Source of the DNA: Raja brachyura
Taxonomy: Eukaryota
NCBI GenBank assembly: GCA_963514005.1
Contig: OY740790.1
Coordinates: forward strand, 31,558,001 to 31,622,000
Reading direction: 5' to 3'
Length of the DNA stretch: 64,000 nucleotides
The notes beneath the pieces are model-generated. The model did not search any database, had not been told where the DNA came from, and saw nothing but the letters and a program-made list of their open reading frames with translations. Position numbers and translations under genes: made by a program. The first letter of the stretch is position 1. Each line of letters starts with the position of its first letter. This document shows positions 13,190 through 24,934 of the stretch, one piece after another.

Positions 13190-13760
13190 TGCAAGGTACT
13201 AAATGAATGTTTTGTATCTGCATTCAGCAAGGAGAGGAACATGAGGACAGCGAGATCAGTATGGAGAGTACTAGCATGCAAGGGCAGTTTCAAATTAAGG
13301 AGGAGATGGTGTTGGGGCTCTTAAAGAGCATTAAGGTGGATAAATTCCCAGGGCCTGATGTGATCTATCCCAAGTTATTAAGAGGAGATCTTCTCTAGCT
13401 CCAGACCAAGGTCCTGGAGGACTGGAGTCCATGGTGTTTCTTTGTTTACGAAGGGAAGTGGAGAGAATCCAGGAAGTTATAGGCCAGTGAGCCTCATGTC
13501 AGTGGTTGGGAAGCTATTGGAGAGGATTCTGTGGGATAGGATTTCTTCCCATTTGGAAGAAAGTGGGCTAATGAGGGACCAACCCCATGGCTTTGTACCT
13601 GGTAGGTCATGTCTTCCAAACTTGTTTGAGTTTTGTGAGGTGACGATGAAAATGATTGAAGGGGTACGGCAGTGGATGTTTTCTACATGGTGTTTAGTGA
13701 GGCAGGAGTTGAGTAAGTCTCCCACAGCAAGCTGATCCAGAAGATGAGGGGTATCATGGG
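13190..13760 (+). mobile_element. CR1 LINE ORF2 fragment
   Basis: KVDKFPGPDVIYPKLL; KGSGENPGSYRPVSLMSVVGKLLE; HGFVPGRSCLPNL. Confidence 0.85.
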
Positions 13761-14832
13761 CTGAAACGCCTGTTCCGGTGCTGCACTTTTCTGTTGTATA
13801 AATGTTGTGTGAACCTTTGAAATACATTAATATTATACTTGCCTCCTATAATGGAGGGCAAAACTGAACTTTTTCGTTGCTATAGTTATGGATGATCATT
13901 TGTGATTGAGAATTGTCCAGAGCAGTTAGTTAAAAATGCAAGGTTACTTTCACTTTTGCCATATGGAATGATGACTGGGTAGCAATAGATTATCAGTGGA
14001 AAATCTACAATTGGGTTATTTTACTATGTTATATTGAGCATTCATAACAGGCAAAATAATGGTGACGATCAGTTTGTACCAATGTTTAGTACTGAACTTA
14101 ATTGAGGACTTAAATGATCAACACTGCATGTCCTTATGGGCTTTGACCAGAAGCAAAGCCAATGATGAACATAGTGTTAAACATTTTTAAGTTCTGACAT
14201 ATGATCCTTGTTTCTCTGCACCATTTATTATTCTTTTATTCTATTCTGCACTATTTGCATATTCCTTTGCCTTGTTTCTTCTATACAAAGGTGGCACCTC
14301 ATACTTCTGTAGATGGAATTCCATGTTATATTTTTGGCCTAGTTAATTATTCTACTGATACCTTTCACTCCCATAGTAATTTTTCACTGTCAACCAAAAA
14401 ATACTTTTCCTCGTCCAGCAGTACTGAGATTTATTGTAATACCCTGTAAGACCTCCATGATGTCTGGTTGTTTATCTTGACATTAATTGTACAGTTTAAG
14501 TCATTTTGTGCTTCAATTTCTCAAAGTAAAAGTGAATGTCATTAAAAAATTCAGCTTTAGATTATGCTGATTTTCTTACAAAATAATGTGGATGAAAGTA
14601 ACATGTTGCTTTTTTGTGTTGAAATCTTAAGTAAAGTCACTTCCTTCAGTTGGATCATTGACTCAAGACGTGTGTTTTGCTTTCCACAGAGACTGGCCTG
14701 CTAAATATTTCCAGAACATTTAAATTGGGGGTTTTTTCAGAACGTTTTTATTTCAGATTTTCATTTTTATTGCCAGTTTTTTGATTTTCATTTCATTGAT
14801 TTTTTAATCTCTTAATTTTCTTTTATTTTCAG

Positions 14833-15033
14833 GAAGGTGAAATGCCAATCCAAGATTTATTAAATTTGTATGGTTATGGAAAGACTGTACCATTTCCTGG
14901 TGACGATGATGAGGAGGATGATGATGATGAAGCGGAGGAAGATGATGATGGAGATGAAGGAGATAATGAAGAAAATAGTGGAAGCAGTGAGGTTCCAGAG
15001 ACAGAGGATCTACCTGAGATAAATATAAACCAG
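14833..15033 (+). CDS. MIER1: MIER1 coding exon 4 (acidic stretch)
   Basis: EGEMPIQDLLNLYGYGKTVPFPGDDDEEDDD...NINQ; ttttcag| and CAG|gttagt; 3' end less certain than 5' end. Confidence 0.9.
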
Positions 15034-15982
15034 GTTAGTTAAAATGTTGGTGGCATGACAGTTGGTGGATAAGAGCTTCATCTGAGCAAACTGTACATAG
15101 GGTTTTGTTTTGAAGAACTTATGGTTTGATGGAGTGAGATTTTAGTCATGTGTAATATGAGACGTAATTGTTTGTACTATGTTCAGCTAAACTGCGAACA
15201 ACGCTCAAACAGTTTTTTTTCCTTCTTAGATTTTGCTTGTCCTTTGATTCAACATTTTATTTTCTGATGTATTTGGGTTTTTTTTTACCATCATTGCAAT
15301 ACCCTTAGTTCAGTCAAACTGTCTATTAGTTTCCTGGCTCTTTCATGTATTTTTGTTGCTCCGGAAGTTGTGATCATTATATAGCGATTTTTGTTCACCA
15401 ATTATAGTTAATCGGCTGCTTTCATTCATATGAACATAAGCAGTCCCTTGGCATCCGTATTAAATTAAGTTTGAATCCATAACTTGTATAAATGCAACCA
15501 TTGTTTTTTAATGCCAGTTTAAAGTCTTGGATTTGGGTCTTTCAGGAGGGACTTGAACCTGAAACCTTTTTATTTGGGTCACAATGAGCATTTGTCAGGG
15601 GTCGGAGCCCCTAACCCAGATGTAATCATTATACATCTAGATTCAGTTTCCATGAAATTGACAACTGATATTTGAAGTTAAATATTTTTAATGTTCCAGC
15701 TCATCCCAAAGAATGAGAACAACCAACATTTTGTGCCTCTACTTGTCTTCTCAAAGAATGTTATCTCATCCGATCTGTTCTTTAAAAAAAAATCTATTTC
15801 TCTATATAACAAAGAACATTTCAGCATAAGAACAGGCTCTTCGGCCCATAATGTCTGTGCCGAACATGATACCAAGACCAACCCTTATCTGCTTGCACAT
15901 AATCCATATATCACTTCCATCGAGTCTCCCCACAAACCAGAGAAAACAATCCAAGTGTCTAACCTCTCCCTGTAGCTAATAC

Positions 15983-17014
15983 TAGCAATGTTACAAAATT
16001 TTGAGATTTTTAAAATCAAGTCTGCAGTTTATCCCATCAGATAAAGCATAAAAAGACATTTAATTTGACACCTAATTCACTTTCATATCTTCAGTATTAA
16101 GAAAGTTATGACCATTTTCATACTCGGAAATTAGCATCTTATTCCCCATTGCCTTTCAATTCACTTAACTCAAAAGCTGTGACCTAGAACCATTAAAAGC
16201 CCATAACTTTCTTAAAAATTAAGAGAACTCAATGAAATTTTCAGTTATTATAGATTGAAGCATTCTGAAACAAATATGAAACAATCTTACTTGGATGACC
16301 TGAAATTAAAGCATATAATTAGTTATCTAATTGTAGTTAATTACAAAATTCAATGAGTAGATCTAAACATCTATTCATTTCCTAAGAAAAGATAAACTTT
16401 TTTTTAAATTGCCTAAGTGTCCAAATAACATTCACACAGTAATCCACAATATAACATAATTTTTAAATCTCACTTTCATGAATTTCTGGGCCAAATGGAA
16501 GGAATTTAGTGTTTAATGCCTGTAAATTAATGGCCATTTAAATCAACTAGTGAGTGGGTTTTAGTGGAATGCGGTGGATTGGAACGTTGTGGTTTGCGGT
16601 GAAGTCAGGAGGAAAAATACTGTTGGTTGATACATTTTTTTTGGACCCCATTTCGCAACATGAAAATATTATTAAAGCCTCCATAAAAACCAACTTTTAA
16701 TATAAAAATAAACGGTGTACCTTTTTTTTCTCCCCTACACAAAATCCTTCCCGTTGTCGGCGTTCACGGCTTTTGAAGGTGATTTTTAAATTACTCTAGA
16801 TAATAAATAATCTAGCGTAATTTAAAAATACCTTCATTAATGAAATGTCGGAACGATTTTTCTTCCGCAACGAAATCGCCCGACATGGATCGATTTGCCC
16901 AGTAGAAAAAAAACGGCACTTTAAACCCGCCCCCCTCTGAAAGGCGCCAAAGTCACGCACATGGGGAGCGGCTGAACTGCAGCGCTACTCAAGGTAAGTT
17001 TTGTAACATACCTA
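15983..17014. mobile_element. Non-autonomous DNA transposon, TAG...CTA ends, 7-bp TSD
   Basis: TIRs TAGCAATGTTACAAAA / TTTTGTAACATACCTA; ctaatac at 15976-15982 and 17015-17021; interrupts a minus-strand CR1 (~15815-17610). Confidence 0.8.
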
Positions 17015-18121
17015 CTAATACCCTCTAATCGAGGCATCATTCTGATAAATCCCCTCTGCACCCCTTCCATATCCTTGCCATCCTTCCTGTAATGGAACAA
17101 CCAGAATTGCACGTAAAAGTCCAAATGTGGCCTAAACAGTCCTATAAAACTGCATTATGACATTCTAACATATACTCAATGCCCTGATCTATGAAAGCAT
17201 ATGCCTTTATCCTCTATCTACTTGTGTGCACACTTTCAGGGAGTTATGGACCTCAAGAATACCCAATGCTGTAAATGGTTATGCCATTAATTTGTAAATT
17301 TTCCCTTTGCATTCAATCTCCCGAAGTGCACCACCTCACATTTGCTTGGATTAAACTCCACCTGCCATTTCTCCACTTATTTCTGTAGCTGATCTATATC
17401 CCACTTCATACTTTGACCGCCTTCCTCACAGTCTGCGACACCAGCAATCTTGGTGTCATCTGTAAACATATTAATCTACCCGTCTACATTACGTCCAAGT
17501 CATTTATGTATATTATACACCGCAGAGATCCCAACACATTTCCCTGTTGAACTCCACTGGTCACAGACCCCCAGCCTGAATATTGTCCACCATAACCCTC
17601 TGTCAGTAAGCCAGTTAAGAATCCACTATCATAACTATCTCACCGTGTTCTGTTATTGTTTTGCTTTGCCTCTTCCAATTCTTGTCCACTCGACGCCCAC
17701 AAGTTTGTCTTTACTTTGGCGATGTCTGACTTTTAAAATAATAGTCATTCCCAACCTTTTATTTGCCTGTCCTTTGTAACATTTCAATCATATGCTCTTT
17801 AATCTGTTTCAACTTCCCATCTATGGCCACAACTTTTGACAATGTTGTACAAATTAAAATTCACATGGATTAGTTAAGAACAATATCCTTTTTCATTCCA
17901 TGCTATCGTTTCTTGATTCTCTCATCTTGTGTCTGGCTGGAAAAGTGAGAGCTTTGAGCAAGCATTAGAAAATAGTACAGAGGGACAGTAAAGAAACTCT
18001 AATGCCTCGGCCACTTTATGGCTCCGTCATTCATCCTATTGCTTCTACCACAACGTATTTTTCTGTGATACTGCTCTTGTGTGAGTCTATTTCCGTATCT
18101 CCTCCAACACATGCCACTAAG

Positions 18122-20667
18122 CAGGGCTTGAAATTAGCGGTTGCCCAGGTGCCAATGATCACCCAAAGTGCCGCCGGGCAACCTAAACGCCGACTCATTT
18201 TGCCCGGCTTGGCAAGCAAATACTGGTTTATACCGGTAGACGCAAAAAACTAGAGTAACTCTGTGGGTCAGGCAGCATCTCTGGAGAATAGGAGCGTGAC
18301 GTCTCGTGTCGACAGCGGCAGCTGTATTCCTCTAGTATCTTTGATTGCGGGGCAAAGATACCAGGTGTGTGGTCACGAAAGGTCGGAGCGAATAACGGGT
18401 CTCGGAACAGCGGCTGCAACAGCGGCTCCAGTGCCGCCTCCTCCCACACCCTGCCTGACGGAAGGAGGCCTCCCTCTCCCTCCTCCCGGCCTCGGCGTGC
18501 GAGAGGGGTTGTTTTGAAAGCGCCGTTGGCGGATTTGCAGCAGTATCTTTTGATTTGCAGGCAGCGGCCGCTATCGCCCTGGTAACGGCCGCTGCCTGCA
18601 AATCCGTTAACGGGGCTTTCAAAACAACCCCTCTCGCACGCCGACTGAAGCAACTGCACCAAAGATCCTATAGCTGCTGTTGGCTGGCGGAGGAGTTGCT
18701 GTTCCCAAATCGCCTCCCCCTTTGGCGGCAGCACTTTGGCGTTGGACAGGGACAGCTAATGCAGCGGGGCGATGTTGTCCGAGGAGCGCTGATCACCCTT
18801 CCTCCCCACCTCCTCTGCCCCTTCCCCCCACCTCTCTCTCTCTCTCTCTTTTTTTTGTATGGCCCCCTCCACCCCTCTTATCGTGGACTCCTCCTCTTCA
18901 TCCTGCACTGATCCCCATTCCCTCCTCTATTCAGTCCTCACTGACATCCCTGTGCTCCCCTCCCCATCTACCCCCCCCCCCCCCCCCCCATCTATTCATC
19001 ATCCTACCCACCTCGCATTGATTCTCCTGCCACTCCCCCATCCATCCTACACTGGTCCCCCAATTCATCCTGCACTTCTTTCCCCCCCTGCCCCAATTCA
19101 TACTGCACTGATCCTCCCATTCATCCCATAATGACCCACCTTCCATTTACCTTGCACGAAACCCCCCTATCCATCCTGTAGTGATCTCCCCATTCATCCC
19201 CCAATCATCCTCACTGATCCCCCATTCATCCTGTGCTGATCCCCTCATGCATCCTGTACTGATTCCCCCATTCATCCTATACTGATCCCCTCATTCATCC
19301 TGTAGTGATCGCCCATTCATCCTGCACAGACCCTCCAATCCACACTGTCCTGACCCCCCCACATCCATCCTGAACAATCTGAAGAAGGGTCATGACCCGA
19401 AATGTTGCCTATTTCCTTAGCTCCATAGATGCTGCCTCACCCGCTGAATTTCTCCAGCATTTTTATCTACCCCCATTCATCCTGTACTGATCCCCCCCCA
19501 TTCATCCTGTACTGATACCCCCCCCAATCCATCCCGTACTGACCGTCCCATTCAACACCACTGACATCCCCCGTGCTCTCCCCTCACAACTTTACATACT
19601 CCAACCAACACGTATTAATTAACCTGCCTCAACCCATCCATTCCGCACCGATTGCCTTCTCAACCCCACCCTCCCCCCCCCCCCCCCGCCATCTATCCAC
19701 CCAACACTGATTCACACACCCCCTGACATTATTGTGATTCATGGTCTTCAGAGCGAACATTGACTATGTTTGATAATGGAATGCAATCAAATGTGTTTTA
19801 ATTCCCAATGTTATTATTTGTTTTGACACCTTTAAACATATTACCAAAAGAACATTTGCTGCAGTTATGTCCTTTGGCCATCTCTTGTCAGTTAGTGTAA
19901 TGTTTAACCTGTCAGATGGGTATAGTCGGTTTTAACAGTTATTATCATAAAATGCATTTAGAAATTTCCTTGCGACCTATATATTTTGTTATGGGTAAAT
20001 TATGTGGAAAGCCAGAGTGTTTCTGTGCCAATAGCAATAACGACCCACGCTATGGCCATGTCATGGTAATTTTCGGTCCTTCACAGAAAACATGCTTGCA
20101 TCAATCTGTAGTGTGCATGGTCCAGGATTTATTGACACAGGTTGATCATTTCCTGAATAATCCAACCACATTTGTGTTTGAAAGTGGAAAGAACTAATAG
20201 AAATTGCATTAATTGCAATGTGTAAAAAGAGTTGAGATATTGGATTATAATTTTGCTGCATGTCATCGTGGTATATATCATGTCTTGATTGGTGAATATG
20301 TTTAGTTTGAGTTGAAGCAGAAATAATATGTGAATGTAGACAAAAGTGCTGGAGAAACTCAGCGGATGCAGCAGCATCAATGAAACGAAGGAAATGGGCA
20401 ATGTTTCGGGACAAAAACCCTTTTTCAGACTGATGGGTTTCGGCCTGAAACATTGCCTATTTCCTTCGATTTTCCAGCATCTGCAGTTCCTTCTTGAACA
20501 TAACGTGTGAATGCTTCATTGAACATAATTCTGACTGGAAACTACCCATTATCGCATGCGTCATGCAAACTGTCTTAAATGACCACCTAAACTGTCATTT
20601 GGCAACCTAAAAAGCTGTTACGGTTGCCCGGCTGGCAACGGGGATAAAAAGTTAAGCGAGAGCCCTG
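18122..20667 (+). mobile_element. Non-autonomous hAT-like DNA transposon, copy 1, 5-bp TSD
   Basis: Ends CAGGGCTTG...AGAGCCCTG; ctaag at 18117-18121 and 20668-20672; internal (cccattcatcctgtactgat)-type repeats. Confidence 0.8.
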
Positions 20668-20709
20668 CTAAGTAATCCTCTTTTGAACCCTTGGAGTTTC
20701 TGTGAATGC

Positions 20710-20775
20710 CTCTGAAAATACATGTCATGGAGTAAATGCTCTGAAAATACATGTCATGGAGTAAATGCTCTGAAA
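20710..20775. repeat. 29-bp tandem duplication (2.3 copies)
   Basis: ctctgaaaatacatgtcatggagtaaatg repeated exactly. Confidence 0.9.
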
Positions 20776-21013
20776 CGAAACAAAACCTATTATGCCCCCT
20801 ACCTGCTGGACCACTGGCATCATAAGCAGTGGTTTTGATATTTTCGACAAATGTTTTACTCCTTTGCCACAACTCTTTTCTCTTGGTGCAAACCTGTCTT
20901 TCAGTTCATTCCAGATCCAAACTATTGAGCATCAAGGGTACTTTCACCTCACTTTGCTAATAGTGAAGATCTCTGGAAAAGATGATTGCTTTCCTACAAA
21001 TCATAATTGTTAA

Positions 21014-22389
21014 TCTATATTACTAAAAGTCTGATCTTGACCACTTCCTGTTCTGTATATTGATTGGAGAAAAAATGCTGCCACTTACTGTGATTTTTGG
21101 CCATCTTACTCTGAGTCCCCTCCGCTGCGCAGGACAAGAGGATTTTTCCCATCGATGAAAAATAAGAATTATTAGTGTTTAAAAAATGTTGAGATTCTCT
21201 CTCCTGATGGCTATGCCCCTTCCGGAGGGACTATAAAACCCGGAAGTGTTGAGTGTCTCAGTCAGTCTCTGCAAGATGGGGGAGCGAGAGGGTCACGTCT
21301 CTCGGTCTGAGCTGTGAATAACACTGAACTCATGTCTACTAAACTGTGAGTGGTTTTACTGACCTGTCAGTGTCCTTAATGTGGTTTGAAAATATAGTTT
21401 CAAAATGCTAGAGCTGTGTTGCCTTTGGTTTGGAAATGCTAAAGCTATGTTGCTTTTGGTTTGGAAATGCAAAAGCTGCTTTGCCTTTGGTTTGGAAATG
21501 CTAAAGTTGCCTTGCCTGATTAAGGTTGCCTTGCCTGATTAAGGTTGCCTTGCCTGATTAAGGTTGCCTTGCCTGATTAAGGTTGCCTTGCCTGATTAAG
21601 GTTGCCTTGCCTAATTAAGGTTGCCTTGCCTAATTAAGGTTGCCTTGCCTAATTAAGGTTGCCTTGCCTAATTAAGGTTGCCTTGCCTAATTAAGGTTGC
21701 CGTGCCTAATTAAGGTTGCCTTGCCTAATTAAGGTTGCCTTGCCTACTATATAATTAAAAGTATAATCTTGACCACTTCCTGTTTGCGCTTTATATTGAT
21801 TTTAGAAAAACGCTACCACGTACGGTTGTGATTTTTGGCCATCTTGCTCAGTCCCCCTCCGCGCATCGGGTGCCAAGGATTTTTCCCATCGATGAACAAT
21901 AAAGGAGTTATTGGTGTTTAAACAATGTTGAGATTCTCTCCTGTCAATCGCACCATGAAGGCCACGCCTCTTCTGGTGGGAGGGGGGGGGGGGGACTATA
22001 AAACCCAGAAGTATGGGCGTGGCTCAGTCTCTACAAAATGGAGGTGGGGGGGAGAGGTCATGACTCTCTGTCTTTAGTGGCCTTGCACTCTGCTTGAAAT
22101 GGTATGAACTGCATTTGAATTTGGTGGTCTTGCACCCTGCTTGAAGTGCTAAGAAACTGCACTTGAATTTGGTGGCCTTGCACCCTGCTTGAAATGGAAT
22201 TTCAAGGAATAGCCGTGAGAAAACTGCCAGCCCACCAGCCGTGAGTGAGGTGCCAGCACAACAGGCTTGAGTGACTGAGCCGCCAGCTCAAGAATATCCT
22301 CGGCCCACAATATCCTTACTAGCCCTCTGGAAACCAGTCCCTTCAGCCCACAACACCCATACTAGCATTCCAGAACACCACCCCCCCCC

Positions 22390-22420
<31 letters not shown>

Positions 22421-22516
22421 CCACTGGCCACCAATATTGGAATTGGTGAGAGGTGGAATATTGCGTTGTGGCCCTCCTGTGTGATGCAGGGACCCAATGG
22501 GGCCTACTTAGTTGAG
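21014..22516 (+). mobile_element. Non-autonomous Helitron-like element with duplicated 5' module
   Basis: A|TCTATATTACTAAAAG start; degenerate 3' hairpin gggacccaatggggcct then ttagttgag|T; no TIRs; module ~21035-21310 repeated at ~21767-22075. Confidence 0.6.
21502..21746. repeat. 19-bp minisatellite, about 13 copies
   Basis: taaggttgccttgcct(g/a)at in tandem with no spacers; first five units carry g, later units a. Confidence 0.95.
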
Positions 22517-22701
22517 TTTCTTGATAAAATTGTCTCAACGTTTTTAGAAAGACAAATTAACAATGGAAACAAAAATTCAAATGTGGAATGTGGCTTTATT
22601 ATCAACCCCAGCACTTTTTGCCAATTCTAGTTTCTGGGAATAATTTGGAAGACACAGTATCTTTTAATCTTGAAGAGGAAGAAGGATTATAAGGGGAGAT
22701 A

Positions 22702-24934
22702 CGGGGCTCTCAATTTCTTTTCCCTTGTTGCCAGCCGGGCTTCCTAGGCAGCTTTTAGGTTGCCAAATGACAGTTTAGGTGGTCATTTAAGACGGCTTGA
22801 TGATAATACAGGATCTCAACTCTTTTACACATTGAAATTAATGCAATTTCTATTTCTTTCCACTTCCAAACAAAATGGTTGGATTATTCAGTGAATGATC
22901 AACCTGTGTTAATGAATCCTGGACCATGGTAACATATATACCTAACCATGCACACTATGGACTGAAAATTATCATGACATGGCCATAGCATGGGTCGTTA
23001 TTGCTATTGGTACATAAACACTCTTGCTTCCCACAATTTATCCTCAACAAAATATACAGGTTGCAAGGAAATTTCTAACTGCATTTTATGATAATAGCTG
23101 TTAAAACCGACTATACCCATCTGACAGGTTGAGCATTTCACCAACTGACAAGAGATGACCAAAGGACATAACTGCAATAAATGTTCTTTTGGTAATATGT
23201 TTGAAGGTGTGAAAACGCCACACTATCGGACATTCAGATTAGATGTATATGTTGTGAACAGCAATGAAGATTTGTATGCACCATATTTTAAAAAAATTAT
23301 TGATAAATGCTGTTTCCACCATTCCCACTTCAGAATTATCATTACATTTTCAACTGAAATATCTTCTGACCAAATTTGTGATGTATATGACTGACTGTAG
23401 AAGTAAAACCTGGATAAATCCATATATTTTGTATAGTTGTGAATGTTGTTCATTAAATAACTACAGTAATGATACTCCACATTAAGAGCATTGATTTGCT
23501 GTCAAAATGAATTCTGTAATAACGTGTCAACGGTAGCAGTGACAATCGAACACTGGGTTTTAATGTTTCATGTGTTCACAATTTAATTAATCCATCTTTA
23601 TGGATTAAAACAAATAATAACATTGGGAATTAAACACTTTTGATTGCGTTCCGTTATCAAACATAGTCAATGTTCGCTCTGAAGACATTTCCAGCACAAT
23701 AGGGTCGGGGGGGGGGGGGGGGGAGAGAGAGAGAATCAGTATGGGATGGATAGACGGTGTGGGGGGGGGTTTGAGATGGCAATCGGTGCAGAGTGGATGG
23801 ATTAAGGCAGGGGAATTAATGCGTGTTGGATGGAGTAGGTAAAATTGTGAGGGGAGAGCGCGGGGGATGTCAGTGGGTTTGAATGGGGGGGATCAGTACG
23901 GGATGGACAAGGGGGGGATTATGCGCAGGATAGGTGGGGGCGTTCAGTTCAGGATGGATGGGGGTTATCAGGGCAGGATGAATGGGGGGGGGGAATCAGT
24001 GCAGGATGGTTGGGGGGATCAGTACAGGATGAATGTCGGTAGACAAAAATGCTAGAGAAACTCAGCGGGTGAGGCAGCATCTGTGGAGTGAAGGAAATAG
24101 GCAACGTTTTGGGTCGAGACCCTTCTTCAGACTGATACCCCCCTATTCTTCATGAATGAGGGGATCAGTACATGATGGATGGGGAGATCACTACAGGATG
24201 GATGGGGGGGGATCAGTACAGGATGAATGGGGGGATCAGTGCAGGATGAATGTGAGGGGGGGTAGTACAGTGTGGATCGGAGGGTCTGTGCAGGATGAAT
24301 GGGGGGGGGGGTTACTACAATATGGAAGGGGGGGGGATCAGCAAAAGATGAATGGGAAGCTCAATACAGGATGGATGAGGAGATCATTACAGGATGAATG
24401 GGAGGTTCAGTACAGGATGGATGGGAAGGGGGGTCAGTACAGGATGAATTGGGGGACCAGTGTAGGATGGATGGGGGGTGGCAGGAGAATCAATGCGAGG
24501 TGGATAGGGAGATCAGTGCAGGATGAATAGATGGGAGGGGAGGAGAGGGGGAGGGGAGCACAGGGGATGTCTGTGAGGACTGAATAGAGGCAGGAATGGG
24601 AATCAGTGTGGGATGGAGAGCAGCATTTATCGCTGTTCGCGGAGTTGGCACACAGCAGCCACTATCAGGGCGGGCGGGGGAGGTGGAGCTGCAGCTGCTG
24701 TGGGCGGCCCGTCTTTCGCTCCGACCCTCGGTCACCCTGCACCTAGTATCTGCCCCACACTACAGTCGCCACCGACATGAAACGTCACGTTCCTTTTCTC
24801 CAGAGATGCTGCCTGAGTTACTCCAATTTTTTGGTATAAACCAGTATCTGCAGTGCCAAGCTGGGCAAAATGACTCTGCATTTAGGTTGTCCGGTGGCCG
24901 TTGGCACCCGGGCAACCGCTAATTTTGAGCCCTG
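22702..24934 (-). mobile_element. Non-autonomous hAT-like DNA transposon, copy 2, inverted relative to copy 1
   Basis: Both ends and the interior are the reverse complement of 18122-20667; flanks gagat / gagaa; interrupts a CR1 ORF2 fragment. Confidence 0.8.

Noticed and set aside
18228-19146. Dense overlapping ORFs on both strands
   Set aside because: GC-rich, low-complexity transposon interior; no recognisable domains
21502-21746. Regular short repeats resembling a CRISPR array
   Set aside because: Units are directly tandem with no unique spacers, no cas genes are present, and the context is a vertebrate intron
23860-24530. Gly/Met/Trp-rich repetitive ORFs
   Set aside because: Translation of the ~22-bp internal repeat of the hAT-like element, mirrored at ~19000-19560
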